A program made the position numbers and the translations under genes. Below, piece by piece: positions 28,733 to 39,202 of a stretch of DNA of 64,000 bases (positions within the stretch are counted from its first letter, which is position 1; every line of letters starts with the position of its first letter). This DNA is from a virus (taxonomy: Duplodnaviria > Caudoviricetes). The notes beneath the pieces are model-generated. The model had not been told where the DNA came from, made no database searches, and saw only the letters and a list, made by a program, of their open reading frames with translations. Location: IMG/VR virus record IMGVR_UViG_3300028886_000037, positions 96,001 to 160,000 of that record; one strand, 5' to 3'.

Positions 28733-29351
28733 ATTTCATATCCTCTGTGAACTTCTGGATGAGAAGGTTTGCTGTGTCCGAGTACTCGTTTGTCTCGAAC
28801 ACGTCAAAAATAACAATTTTACGGCCGAACTTGCTCAGAACTCGAACCTTCGTAGTCGGGTCATCTGGCAGTCCAGGATGAGTGTCGATGTCGATCGCTA
28901 ACTCATCATAGCATTTTGCGGCGTTTAGAGCCGCTTTACGGCCCTCTTCCGAGTACTCCGGTGGGAAAACATAGAGAGCAGTCTTAAACTCCCTAGAAGC
29001 GGCTTTCTGCCGCTTTAACAGCTCATCCTCAGACATTGGCGTCTTTGGGAAGCACTCTTCGAGGAACTTAACGAGCTCGGTGAAGTCGTTTCCGAACCTT
29101 TGGCCACGCTCGACGAACTTGATCTCGTTGTCGAGATAGCCCGCAGTGAGCGGAAAGCCGATACGGTCGAGAAGTTCCCAGATGACCTGTTTCTCCGACT
29201 CCGTAACGACTTCCACGATGTAGAGATACGGGCTGTCTATGCGCTCGATGTCCCTCTTGTAGTCCACGCAGAACTGACAAGTGTCGGACACGAAGACATA
29301 GAGTCCGTGCTTGTAGCCCAGAATGAAGCTCTGTGCGGTTATCTTCTGCAT
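28623..29351 (-). CDS. Thioredoxin-fold protein
   Basis: SDTCQFC (CxxC) and GFP cis-Pro; probable start MQKITAQ. Confidence 0.6.
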   Translation of the reverse strand: MQKITAQSFILGYKHGLYVFVSDTCQFCVDYKRDIERIDSPYLYIVEVVTESEKQVIWELLDRIGFPLTAGYLDNEIKFVERGQRFGNDFTELVKFLEECFPKTPMSEDELLKRQKAASREFKTALYVFPPEYSEEGRKAALNAAKCYDELAIDIDTHPGLPDDPTTKVRVLSKFGRKIVIFDVFETNEYSDTANLLIQKFTEDMKYAKTTIEHRTFQEAVALAERTADDRSQEREEKEPVL

Positions 29352-29365
29352 CCTGAAGATTTCTC

Positions 29366-30289
29366 CTATTCGAGTCCCATCAAAGAGAGAAGACAGCAAG
29401 CGAGCTGGATGTCTGGAAGTCGTGAAGTAGCGCCAGCGAGCTCGTACTGACCGATGATGAGGATCGCGCTACCCTTCTTCTTGCAGGTCGGGACGTACTT
29501 GTCGTAGAGGAAGCGGTACACGTCCACGTCAGAGTAGCCCTTCTCGTTGATCAGCGTTCTAGCCTCTTCGAGCTTCTTAGCCTTGATGCAGTCGATAAGC
29601 TTCTCGTCAACTTCCGAGAAAGCCATGATGCCCTTGTCGATCTTGCCGTAGAGCATGTAGTACTTCTGCAGGAGCGAGAAGATCTCACGGATCGAAGTTC
29701 CGAGACGATCTACGAGAGCCTTGACAGCCTCTTCGTCGAACTCTACCTTCTCGAACTTAAGGATTCCGATCGTTCTCTTGAGGATCTGTTCCTTCATCTC
29801 CTGCTGCTTGACTGGATCGTTGAAGTTGAAGTCGAGCTCCATCGTTCGACCCTCTTTCAACGCGTCGATCACGTTCATCGGGAAGTTGCAAGTCATGATG
29901 TAGCTGCAGCCCTTAGCTGTCTCCTCGATGAGGTTGCGGAGAGCGCCCTGGAACTTAGCGGAGCACATGTCGAACTCGTCCAAGAACACGATCTTCGGCG
30001 TCTTCTTGGGATTCTTGGTGCGTGCGAAAGTAGCGAGATCTTCACGGAGAAGCTCGATCTTGCCCTCCATCGAAGCGTTGATCTTGAACACCTGAGCGTC
30101 AAGGTCGTTGATGAGCGCGAGAGCGATAGAGGTCTTTCCTCTTCCCTTTGCGCTGTATAGCATCAGGTTGGGCACTTCACCAGTCTGGACGATATTGTCG
30201 AACATGCGGCGTTCGGCCTTCGGAAGAATGACGTCCTTGACGTGATCTGGGCGGTACTTCTCTACCCACTTGGAACAATTCTTGTTCAT
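29366..30289 (-). CDS. Clamp loader large subunit (gp44)
   Basis: WVEKYRP, GRGKTS, INAS, LDEFD, QGALR, TCN. Confidence 0.95.
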   Translation of the reverse strand: MNKNCSKWVEKYRPDHVKDVILPKAERRMFDNIVQTGEVPNLMLYSAKGRGKTSIALALINDLDAQVFKINASMEGKIELLREDLATFARTKNPKKTPKIVFLDEFDMCSAKFQGALRNLIEETAKGCSYIMTCNFPMNVIDALKEGRTMELDFNFNDPVKQQEMKEQILKRTIGILKFEKVEFDEEAVKALVDRLGTSIREIFSLLQKYYMLYGKIDKGIMAFSEVDEKLIDCIKAKKLEEARTLINEKGYSDVDVYRFLYDKYVPTCKKKGSAILIIGQYELAGATSRLPDIQLACCLLSLMGLE

Positions 30290-30373
30290 AAAGTCTCCAT
30301 ATACAAAAATGTCTTCCTTTCAAATATAGAACTTTGAGAGGAAGACGGAATTCGTTCCTTAGAGATATGTTCC

Positions 30374-30697
30374 TTAGAACTTCATCTTGCGGGCAGCCTT
30401 AGCGGCAGCTCTGCGCTGAGCTCTGTTTCCGTTGTGCATCTCTGGAGGGAGAATGCACGGACAAGCTCTGGGTTCGCCAGTGTCGGGATTGATGGACACA
30501 TATCCATTTCCGTGGCAGCGCTGGCAGTCAGACTTCGGCTCCTTGATCTCGACGCCGAGAATCTGGTACCCGAGACGGAGTCTCTCGAGCGGAGGAAGCG
30601 ATCTGAGATACTCGACTCCCTGCTGCTCGTCTTCTGTAGCGATGGCGTCTGGCTTGTTGAGTCCAGCGAAGTTGTTGATCGGATTCTGGAAGTTCAT
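30374..30697 (-). CDS. Zn-finger hypothetical protein
   Basis: CQRCHGNG...CPC, NRAQRR. Confidence 0.7.
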   Translation of the reverse strand: MNFQNPINNFAGLNKPDAIATEDEQQGVEYLRSLPPLERLRLGYQILGVEIKEPKSDCQRCHGNGYVSINPDTGEPRACPCILPPEMHNGNRAQRRAAAKAARKMKF

Positions 30698-31434
30698 TAT
30701 TCCTCCGCGAGCAGCATGATCTGGAGCTTGATGTCGTCTTCACGTTCCTGGACGAGGACGAGACAGCCGTCAGCGTCAATGTCGATCTTGTACTTGCCCT
30801 TCGGAAGAAGGTTGAGAGTGTCGGCAGTGAACTTGAGGCTGAAGTTCTTAGCAGCTGGCTGATTGAGGAAGATCGGATAGTCTGCACGGTCAGCAGAGCG
30901 CATCGTGTACACGTTGAAGTTGAGAATGTTCTCGTTCGCGGTCACGTCGATGTAGTCTGCGCCGATGATAGAGATCTTGCGCTGTAGCTCGTTGATGGTC
31001 TCTTCGTCGAACTCTACCGCTACGTCCTGATTGTGCTCAGCGAGTTCATGGAATGAAGAGTCGAAGGTCGGAAGAGTGGTGTCGCCGAGACGCAGTGTGA
31101 GCTTGTCGGAACGAGCTTCGTTCTTGAAGATCATGTCGACTGCGCTGCCATCGTCATCCACGTTCACAGAGAGGGTGGAGGTGACGGTCTTGGAGCTCAT
31201 AGCTTCGTAGAACTTCTTGAAGCGGTTGAAGTCGATGAAGCCGAGTTCGTTGACTGGCATGTTGAAGTAGGAAACGGGCGCTTCGAGAATGTAGCAGAAG
31301 TTAGAGGACTGATTGTTGGCCATGATGGTCAGCTTGTCGCCATTCTTAACGACCTTGATTCTCGGATTGACGGCAGAGAGGGTTTCGAGCACGTCAATGT
31401 AGCTCTTGTTGTAATCTAGTTTTTGTTCAGTCAT
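30697..31434 (-). CDS. Sliding clamp (gp45)
   Basis: L..LSAVNP, FIDFNRF, LNLLPKGKYKIDI; synteny with gp44. Confidence 0.8.
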   Translation of the reverse strand: MTEQKLDYNKSYIDVLETLSAVNPRIKVVKNGDKLTIMANNQSSNFCYILEAPVSYFNMPVNELGFIDFNRFKKFYEAMSSKTVTSTLSVNVDDDGSAVDMIFKNEARSDKLTLRLGDTTLPTFDSSFHELAEHNQDVAVEFDEETINELQRKISIIGADYIDVTANENILNFNVYTMRSADRADYPIFLNQPAAKNFSLKFTADTLNLLPKGKYKIDIDADGCLVLVQEREDDIKLQIMLLAEE

Positions 31435-31549
31435 ATTGCAATATATTCCTTTGTGGAAGTTTCTAGGGTAAATTTACATACAAAAACGGCTGAGAAATTT
31501 TCATCTAAGCCTTGGTAAAGAATTCTTTACTTATTGGACGTTAAATACC

Positions 31550-32080
31550 TCATGCGCATACGAATACTTCTCCTCTGTCAGTTCCGAAGATCTTCATCTT
31601 GCGGATAGCCTCTTCTCTAGTCGACTCTCGAATGCTGTCGAGTAAGTATCTCTCATCGAGATCCTTCACGACCCATTCGTCACCTCGTTTCTTGATTGCG
31701 AATCTCGCAGCCTGGATGTTGCTGCACGGCTCTCCGTTATGATCGAACAGCTCTGCGTCCTTCAGAGGCTCCTTGAGCCAGTTCAGAACTTCCTTCGCAG
31801 CTTCGACAGCTTCCTCTGCAGTGTTGAACCAAGATCGTGCGTCGTGCTTGTTGCCGAGCGGCACATACTGTTTCTCATAATACTTCACAGGAAACTTGCT
31901 TCGTCTTGACTCGGGAGTCTCTACTTTGACAGCGATCCTGTACTTGCCGTAGCGAGAATAGTCGCTATAGACTTTCAGCCTAGTGTGCTTTTCAGGAAAG
32001 GGCCTGTAAGCTCCTTTTCCAATGAAAGGTGGGCTATCTTTCTCTGCGAGGTCGATCATCATAGCTAGAAAATCAGTCAT
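31550..32080 (-). CDS. Hypothetical protein
   Basis: Probable start MTDFLAMM after AGGAG. Confidence 0.7.
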   Translation of the reverse strand: MTDFLAMMIDLAEKDSPPFIGKGAYRPFPEKHTRLKVYSDYSRYGKYRIAVKVETPESRRSKFPVKYYEKQYVPLGNKHDARSWFNTAEEAVEAAKEVLNWLKEPLKDAELFDHNGEPCSNIQAARFAIKKRGDEWVVKDLDERYLLDSIRESTREEAIRKMKIFGTDRGEVFVCA

Positions 32081-32252
32081 ACATTTTCTCCTTTGTAGTG
32101 CGGAATTGACATATCGTAGTGCATCATGTTCTCCCATGCCGATCCGTAGCGTGGCAGATATTCCTGACGGTAACGTGCGACGATCATCTCATGCACTCTC
32201 TGTTGCATTTCGATGTCTCTCAGGTTGTACTCGATGAATGCCTTCCAGTCTG

Positions 32253-32543
32253 TCATCGGTTAGCTCCCTTGATCACTACATATACTGTCGGATAGCGGAT
32301 CTCTGGCGCACAAGGACGGGTAGCGCCCTTGCCGATGATCACGTTTGCTTTACGGAAGCACTTCTGGAGATTCTCTTGAAGATTAGAGATCTCATCAGAC
32401 TTGGTCTGTGGAGTGAGAACAGCGCAGATGGCTCGTTTGCCGTCAAGAATTCCAGCAGTGACTCGTTCGAACGAGACGCCAGTCGTGTTCAATACGCCGA
32501 CAGTTCTCTGGATGACCTTTCGTTCGTAGTAAGTGAGTGCCAT
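32253..32543 (-). CDS. Hypothetical protein
   Basis: 96 aa, GGAGG RBS. Confidence 0.7.
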   Translation of the reverse strand: MALTYYERKVIQRTVGVLNTTGVSFERVTAGILDGKRAICAVLTPQTKSDEISNLQENLQKCFRKANVIIGKGATRPCAPEIRYPTVYVVIKGANR

Positions 32544-32601
32544 TTCAAATTCCTCCGAGAATTAAGCGAGAACCTTCTTGATCATCGGAATGATCTGACC
32601 G

Positions 32602-33603
32602 TTAAATTTTTTCAGTATTGATATATCTTATAATGTCATCAAGTCGATTCCAATCTGATATTCCACTTATTTTTGAAATGCATTTAAAGTTATCAAGCTT
32701 AAGAAAGTGATTATTTCTCAGCTCTTCGTAGAACCCATTGACTAAAATTGCATTCCATACTTTTTCCACATCCATCTTAAACTTCTTATTCTTTACTTTT
32801 ATCAAATTAAGAAAGCGAATTATGAGTATGGTTAAATATAAAGCCAATACGAAAATCATAAAACCATTTATAAATTTATAATCGTCTAATTTTCGATCTA
32901 TATATTCTTTACTGTATTTGTCATAAGTTATTATGCGATCCTCTGTTGATACGAGATTGTTTTTGAAGAAAATAGAATCTTTCATTTCCGTAATTTTTGA
33001 ATGAGCTCTTTCTGCTGCTATTTTAACTGTTGTAGCCTTAATATATTCTGATTCAGAAACACTACCTTTTAATTTCACACCATCAGTCCATATAGTATCA
33101 CTCCATGCTGGTATATATCTTTCGTCATTGTACTTAACAATTTTAATACATTTTCCTAGGCATGCCTGCTTAATATCCTCATCGTACTCTCTTTTACAAA
33201 CGGAAATGCAATTATAGTCCTTTTTGATGTCGGTTTTAACGTCGGTATACCAAAATCCGGAATGATTTTTTATCCTTTTTATCTTAGCGAATTTTATATT
33301 CTTCTCTACGGAATCAATAATTGAATTAGCAATGCTTAAACCTATTGAGTCTTCGATTTTATCTAAATTTAATACCTTTATGTCTAAAGAGTCCATAACG
33401 GCTTTGTCATTTCTCAAAATTGTGAGATCTTTAGAAATAGAATTATTATAATAAATCAATCCAAAGATCGGCAAAATGAGAAATAGGATAAATCCCATAA
33501 TGGATTCTCCTCTTGCAGTCCAATTATCAAAAATATGGCCATTTTGATAGTCAGATTTTTCTGCGAAGAAAAATTTTATGATATATTTAATAAGTTTTTT
33601 CAT
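32602..33603 (-). CDS. AT-rich two-TM membrane protein
   Basis: Two hydrophobic helices flanking a Cys-containing loop; early promoter 33636-33667. Confidence 0.75.
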   Translation of the reverse strand: MKKLIKYIIKFFFAEKSDYQNGHIFDNWTARGESIMGFILFLILPIFGLIYYNNSISKDLTILRNDKAVMDSLDIKVLNLDKIEDSIGLSIANSIIDSVEKNIKFAKIKRIKNHSGFWYTDVKTDIKKDYNCISVCKREYDEDIKQACLGKCIKIVKYNDERYIPAWSDTIWTDGVKLKGSVSESEYIKATTVKIAAERAHSKITEMKDSIFFKNNLVSTEDRIITYDKYSKEYIDRKLDDYKFINGFMIFVLALYLTILIIRFLNLIKVKNKKFKMDVEKVWNAILVNGFYEELRNNHFLKLDNFKCISKISGISDWNRLDDIIRYINTEKI

Positions 33604-33648
33604 GTTTGGTCCTTGTTATTGAGTTTTACAAGTAAAATATAGGAAATT

Positions 33649-34359
33649 CTATGAGTTTTCTAAACCCTTAAATCTTGTAAAACCTCGATTTTTATATAGC
33701 TCGTTTCTCTCACTCATTCCTACATATTCCCACTGCAGCTTCTCGCCAGTCTTGGGATCGACTCCACAGTACTTCCTTTTGCCTTGACAGACGGAAGTTA
33801 TGTGAAATGCTTTGATATTGAAATATCTCTTCGCCTCACGAATTGAATCGAACACCTGTCCGGTCGTTATGCATCTGACTTTGCTCCAGATCTTCTCTTT
33901 CACCATCTTCTGCATCTTATCTCTGAAGACTTTGTTATTCCAGTTCTCTTTAGCAACTTCACTAGACCTTGCACGGCGATCTGGACGCTTATTGAACTCA
34001 ACAAAGTCCATTCCCCAATGATTTGCTTTAAGCTCTGCGGCAAATAGCTTCTTAGCATTCTCATACTCGTGAGCGCTGACTATCTTCTGGTATGGACTGT
34101 CTGCTTTCTTAGATCGGATTGACATCTGCCAGATCGCTGCATACATAGCTCTCGAAGGCCAAATCTTGCACAGCAGCTTGTGAGCGATGTAGTGCTCACG
34201 AGCAGTCAACAAGACAAGATTGTGCTTGTTTCTCTCATATTGAGGAAATAGTGATTTTGGGAATATGTGATGTTCTTCGAAGTACTCTTCTGAAGACTTT
34301 ATACGGTGCTTCGCTCTCGCAGAAAACACCAGACTGGTGTATATTGCTCTATAGTTCAT
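33649..34359 (-). CDS. HNH homing endonuclease
   Basis: EEHHIFP, NLVLLTAREHYIAH, C-terminal VRCITTGQVFDSIREA DNA-binding repeat; late promoter upstream. Confidence 0.88.
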   Translation of the reverse strand: MNYRAIYTSLVFSARAKHRIKSSEEYFEEHHIFPKSLFPQYERNKHNLVLLTAREHYIAHKLLCKIWPSRAMYAAIWQMSIRSKKADSPYQKIVSAHEYENAKKLFAAELKANHWGMDFVEFNKRPDRRARSSEVAKENWNNKVFRDKMQKMVKEKIWSKVRCITTGQVFDSIREAKRYFNIKAFHITSVCQGKRKYCGVDPKTGEKLQWEYVGMSERNELYKNRGFTRFKGLENS

Positions 34360-34472
34360 TTTTTACCTTTTAGGCCACCTTCAATGGCCGTATAGGTTAT
34401 TTATACACAAAAGGTAAGGGAGAGATAGAGCATCTCTCCCAAATGGTTGAAGGCCATCTGTCCCGTTTTTAT

Positions 34473-35570
34473 TTATAAGACCTTGTCGATCATTGGGATC
34501 ACCATCCCATGTTTGCTTATGACAGCCATCTTACCGATCTCGATGCCAAGATCCTTCATCTTAGCCATGTTGGAGAGCGAGACACGAGAGACGGTAGTGC
34601 CTTCGAGCTGGACCGGATTGATGATAGCGACTGGAGAGAGGGTAGAGCCAGCCATTTCCCAAGAGATGTCGATGATTTCAGAGACGGCAGTTTCGAGTTC
34701 CGGCTTGAGAGCCACGTCGCGCTTAGGAGTCTTGAGCTGGCGGTCTTCGCGGTCGATATCGTCTGCCTTGATGACGACGCCGTCGCAGTTGAACTTGATT
34801 TCTCCGTTAGCGATGCGTTCACGAAGATGTTCACGAATGTAGTCTGCAGAAGAGATGAGTTCCTTTGCTTCGACGGTGCAGTGCGGAGTGATCTCGAAGA
34901 AGCAGCTGTTAGAGAGCCAGTCCATGAGTTCGGTCTGAGTCTCGAATTCCTTTCCCATCACGTCGTAGCAGATCGCGTGGACGTATTGCAGATCGTTCTT
35001 GTCTTCAGTAGAGAGTGTTTCGAACTTGCGGTTGATGATGCCAGCGACAGCGTTGCGCGCGTTAGCGTTCTTGTGAGCGAAGCGAGCCTTGAACTCTTCG
35101 TTATAGATGACCATTTCGGCGCGAATGGAGCCAGTGAAGGACTGATCGATGGACTTCGGAAAGTTCATGAGGTTGAGAGTAGCAGTGCGATCGAGGCCAG
35201 TAGCGCCATCTCCTCGAGTGATAGCCTTGACGAACTTGCCATCGGCGTACTGGAGTTCCATGCTGGAGCCGTCGATCTTTAGTTCGAGGCTGTAGCGCTT
35301 TGCAGTCTTCTTCTTAGCAGCCCAGTCCTTGAGCTCGTCGATGTTTGCGCATTTAGCGAGGGTTCCAGTGGTCATGGTGTGATTGATCTTCTTTTCGTCG
35401 CAGTTGGAGTCGGCAGCAGCCATGCCGTTTGCGCAGAGAGGATCTGTCGGATCGATCTCTTTCAGACGGTTGATCAGAGCGTCATATTCAGAGTCGGTCA
35501 TGATTTCCTGACCGTTATAGTAAGCTTCGGCAGCCTTGAGGAGGAGTTCGCGGATCTGGTTCTTGTCCAT
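34473..35570 (-). CDS. ligA: NAD-dependent DNA ligase, N-terminal part (Ia, adenylation, OB)
   Basis: AYYNG..MTDSEYD, ELKIDGSS, TRGDG, RNAVAG, DGVVIK, PVQLEGTTVSRVSLSN, ends just after motif VI (HGMVIPMI). Confidence 0.92.
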   Translation of the reverse strand: MDKNQIRELLLKAAEAYYNGQEIMTDSEYDALINRLKEIDPTDPLCANGMAAADSNCDEKKINHTMTTGTLAKCANIDELKDWAAKKKTAKRYSLELKIDGSSMELQYADGKFVKAITRGDGATGLDRTATLNLMNFPKSIDQSFTGSIRAEMVIYNEEFKARFAHKNANARNAVAGIINRKFETLSTEDKNDLQYVHAICYDVMGKEFETQTELMDWLSNSCFFEITPHCTVEAKELISSADYIREHLRERIANGEIKFNCDGVVIKADDIDREDRQLKTPKRDVALKPELETAVSEIIDISWEMAGSTLSPVAIINPVQLEGTTVSRVSLSNMAKMKDLGIEIGKMAVISKHGMVIPMIDKVL

Positions 35571-35651
35571 GAGTTAGGTCCTTTTGTTGAGTTTTACATC
35601 TATAATATATGTATTTTTAAGAGAAATCTAAACCCTCAAATTGAGATATCT

Positions 35652-36071
35652 TCATTCTCGTGATGCGCAGAGTCTTGTCGTGAGTAGGCTCGTTCCATAG
35701 CTTCTTTCCCATGTAGTGATGAACATCTCGAGCGCATCTTGCTCGTAATTTCCATTGCCGTCTGACTTTACGCCCACTGGGCTGTTCTGCTCAGTGAAGA
35801 AGCCTTTGACTGCTTGTCGGATCATATCTTCGTTCCAGAACAGACGACAGCACCCGAGGATGAAGTTGACTCGCTGATAGTATGGCTGTCCCGCCATCTC
35901 GAAGTTCTCAGCGTCGTCGATCTGGTTCTGCAGCTCGAATCCGCTGTTGTCTTCCAAGATCAAGTCTGCGATGTCGAACATAACTGGATCGATCTTATTC
36001 CAGTCGATGTCGCAACGGTCTAGAACGGCCTCATCGGTAGGAGTCACTAAAACGTCTAGGATCGATACCAT
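35652..36071 (-). CDS. Hypothetical protein
   Basis: 139 aa ORF. Confidence 0.7.
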   Translation of the reverse strand: MVSILDVLVTPTDEAVLDRCDIDWNKIDPVMFDIADLILEDNSGFELQNQIDDAENFEMAGQPYYQRVNFILGCCRLFWNEDMIRQAVKGFFTEQNSPVGVKSDGNGNYEQDALEMFITTWERSYGTSLLTTRLCASRE

Positions 36072-36275
36072 TTAGCTCTCTACTAGGCAGTGCAATCCAC
36101 AGTGACATAGGCCAGGCTCTTTAGCCTTGATCTGGTCTCTGAATTGCTTACACATGCACTTGGTGTCTTTCGTCTTCATCAGGGCGCACGGACAGTAGCC
36201 GTCGTTGTCCTTGATCTTCTGCTCGAACGCTTTGACTTGCTCTTCGGTCCATTCGGGATTCTTGATAACTTTCAT
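36072..36275 (-). CDS. Ferredoxin-thioredoxin reductase catalytic-subunit-like protein
   Basis: GYCPC...CMC...CHCGL motif set. Confidence 0.8.
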   Translation of the reverse strand: MKVIKNPEWTEEQVKAFEQKIKDNDGYCPCALMKTKDTKCMCKQFRDQIKAKEPGLCHCGLHCLVES

Positions 36276-36304
36276 AATTTCCTCTTTTGAGAGTATTTAT
36301 CGGC

Positions 36305-36859
36305 TTATTCCCAAAATATAGTCACAATTCCGTCGTTCGTCATTATTCTTGTAGTCATCTTCGTCATCCAGCGACCATTGCCGTAGCATACATCTGCGAT
36401 AGGGTACTCGTTCTTCAGCTCATATCCCTTGAACTCGACTGGATATTCCTGTTGAGTCTTCGGCATGTTGATGCGTCTGATGCGGTAAGAGCGCAACAGC
36501 TTGAGCTCTTCTGTGGTGAGATTGTAGAGATTCTCTATCCACCGTAACGCCGAGATCAGCGCGTCAACAGTGCCGATGTGATTCTCTATCACTTTCAGCA
36601 CCTCTTCGCTAGCTTGCTCTGACAATCCAGTAGCTACCTTGACGTGCTTTACTCTCCATCCTGGCTCTTCTGTGTACTTCATGATCGCAGCAGCGTAGAG
36701 CATAGCAGTCACGTCTCTGACGTCTCGACTCGGCAAGAACAGTCTGCGCTTCAACAGCAGCTCACCTAGGATCTGAGTCACCAGGTCTCTGTCGCCTATC
36801 GTGTTGATGACGTGAATCTCTAGCGGATCATATACTCCTTCGTCATTTGCCAAAATCAT
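36305..36859 (-). CDS. Hypothetical protein, tandem paralogue 4
   Basis: VTAMLYAA and C-terminal IFWE shared with three upstream genes. Confidence 0.7.
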   Translation of the reverse strand: MILANDEGVYDPLEIHVINTIGDRDLVTQILGELLLKRRLFLPSRDVRDVTAMLYAAAIMKYTEEPGWRVKHVKVATGLSEQASEEVLKVIENHIGTVDALISALRWIENLYNLTTEELKLLRSYRIRRINMPKTQQEYPVEFKGYELKNEYPIADVCYGNGRWMTKMTTRIMTNDGIVTIFWE

Positions 36860-37470
36860 AGTTCTTCCATCTTATGTGTATGATCGCGTGAGGACCAGTT
36901 CCATACATAGTCTGTGCCCTGCAGCCATTGTCGTACCACTGTTCTCCGTTGTGGTTATAGTTAAGACACTTGATCTCGTAAGACTTGTAGAGCTTCTTTT
37001 CGAGGAAGTTGAGATCCCAGTGCTCGAAGTTTCCGAACTCTCTGACGGCAGATCGAAAGAAGTTCAACGGATAGTAGAGCTCACGATAAGTCCGTAGGAT
37101 GTTGTCTATGTCGGCGTCCGAGAATTGCTTTAAACGATCCGCTGCTGACTCGATGTGACCAGTCCATGCGAAGTCACGCACTGACCGTTCTGACAGCTCT
37201 AGAATGTATGCTAGAATCTCTCTAGTGTAGTGTCTGCGCTCGTATGAATCAAGCGTGTTCTCCATGAATGCGAAAGCCGTCAGGATGGCAGTTCTTCTCT
37301 GCAAGATCTGTTTCTCTGTTCTCGTGCGCTCGTACCATCCCTGGTCGTTGAACAGCTTGTCGAGATCTCGCTTGAGTAGAATGCTGCACATCAGAAACAA
37401 CCCATCAACTCCGATAGATTGATGGAGGTCGCACTGCAGCTCAGGAAATTCTCTAAATACGTGTTCTACC
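36843..37470 (-). CDS. Hypothetical protein, tandem paralogue 3
   Basis: RRTAILTAF, C-terminal HIRW; start uncertain (about MVEHVF). Confidence 0.7.
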
Positions 37471-37977
37471 ATACGACACTGATTCCTCTTCCGTAATAAG
37501 GAACGAAGCACTTGTTGACGTTGTGAGTTCTGACTGCGGAACGCATCATAGTTACTCTGATTGACTTCTGGCCCTCTACTGACTGGACAGCGAGGTTCTT
37601 CCAGTCGACATTAGCGTTGAGATACTCATTTGCTCGCTTGACATGTTCTCTCGCTTCTGGAGTAGAGATGATCGCGTCAAGAAAGAGATTCATGCGCTCT
37701 CTGTCGGAGAAGTAGCCTCGGCAAGCGGAACCGAGCAGCCTCTCGATCAGCCAACGCTTGTCGAAGATCTGCTCACGCACAAGGGCGATTCCGATTAGCG
37801 TAGCCGTCCGGAACTTGCGTATCGAGATCTGATCAGTTTTTTCGAAAGTGTCTAAGTCTCTTTCGAAGCCGTCAAGATCCAATACGACAGTCTTTAGAAA
37901 ATAGCGGTAGAATCCAGCTAGATTCTCCCGCCATAGTCTTACTTCAAATTTTCGTTCTGGCAGTTCCATTAGTTCCA
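37466..37977 (-). CDS. Hypothetical protein, tandem paralogue 2
   Basis: FRTATLIGI, C-terminal SVVW; probable start MELMELPE. Confidence 0.7.
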
Positions 37978-37991
37978 TTAGGCTATCTTCG

Positions 37992-38453
37992 TTAGTCCCA
38001 GATGATCTTGAACGGAACTTCAGTCTTCGGCTTGTGTTCGATGAAGCCGAGACGGACTTCATACTTACGAGCGGTCTTCATCTGGTCTTCGCCGACAGCA
38101 GTGTTAGTGAGCTTCTGAACCACTTCGCGCATGATCTTCTGGCCCTTAGCGTCCATCTTCATGTACGCGATGAAGTCCTTGACAGACTCTTCGTTCACTT
38201 CGTCGATGCGAGAAGTGTCGCAGAGATGTTCGATAGCGTGTCCCACAGCGTCAACGCCGATTTCCTGATCGATCAGGCAGAGTGCAGCGAGCAGAGCAGT
38301 GCGACGACGGCGCTTCTTTGCGGAAGTTGCGCGATCGTAGCCGTTCAGGCACTGAGCGAGCTTCTTGAGATTCGGGTTGAGGAGGAGGGAGGTTGCGCGT
38401 TCTGCATCATGGTCATCGATGTAGTCGTAGAGTTCGAGTGTGTTCTTTGCCAT
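37992..38453 (-). CDS. Hypothetical protein, tandem paralogue 1
   Basis: RRTALLAAL, C-terminal KIIWD; early promoter 38498-38529. Confidence 0.75.
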   Translation of the reverse strand: MAKNTLELYDYIDDHDAERATSLLLNPNLKKLAQCLNGYDRATSAKKRRRRTALLAALCLIDQEIGVDAVGHAIEHLCDTSRIDEVNEESVKDFIAYMKMDAKGQKIMREVVQKLTNTAVGEDQMKTARKYEVRLGFIEHKPKTEVPFKIIWD

Positions 38454-38545
38454 TTTTGAGTCCTTTGTTGGCAGGTTGAACGAAAGTTTGTATTGTCAAT
38501 ATAGGTATTTCAAGAGAATTCGTAAACCCTATTTTAGAAAAATCT

Positions 38546-39202
38546 CTAAAAATTCCACCTCTTTGCTTGCTCTTTGTCCATTTCGATCAATGTCTTAGCG
38601 AGACGAACGTGGTCCTGCTTCAAGTTCTGTATCAGTTCCATCGTAGCCTCTCCAGTGATCTCGAGGTCCAGTTCGACGATCGCGTCTGTTAGAGTAGATT
38701 TGAAGTACTTGAACGATGGCGCCTCACGCTTGTAGCTGTTGTACATAGATAGCGGACCATAGGAGGTCTTGCGGTCGATCTCTTTCAGGCACCGGTCCAG
38801 CAGCTCTTCGTCGCCGAGTCCAGACGGCGTAGAAGTCTTGAACAAGAGCGACCAGAGCATGTCCACGTTGTTCATAGCACGCTTACGGATTCCGGGATTC
38901 TCGTTGTCGTCGTCGAACATGTAGATCGAATCTAGGTAGGACTGCGTAGAGCCCAGAATGTCGCTATAGAGGATGAACTTGATCTCCTTTGCGACTTTCC
39001 ATTCCTCTGGTGGCATATTGATGTAGTCAGCCTTTACGCGCAAAAGAAGCGATGTCTCTTTCTTCTCCGCTTCGAGCTCGAGAGAAGTTCCGTCACCATA
39101 CTCGACGTCAAGGAACGGGAACGTAGTCTCTAGCGAACGCTTGTATCGTGCCCGTCTCACATCAAGCATTCTCTTGAACTTGTCGATCGATACGCTGAAC
39201 AT
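38546..39202 (-). CDS. Hypothetical protein
   Basis: Probable start MFSVSID coupled to upstream stop. Confidence 0.7.
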   Translation of the reverse strand: MFSVSIDKFKRMLDVRRARYKRSLETTFPFLDVEYGDGTSLELEAEKKETSLLLRVKADYINMPPEEWKVAKEIKFILYSDILGSTQSYLDSIYMFDDDNENPGIRKRAMNNVDMLWSLLFKTSTPSGLGDEELLDRCLKEIDRKTSYGPLSMYNSYKREAPSFKYFKSTLTDAIVELDLEITGEATMELIQNLKQDHVRLAKTLIEMDKEQAKRWNF

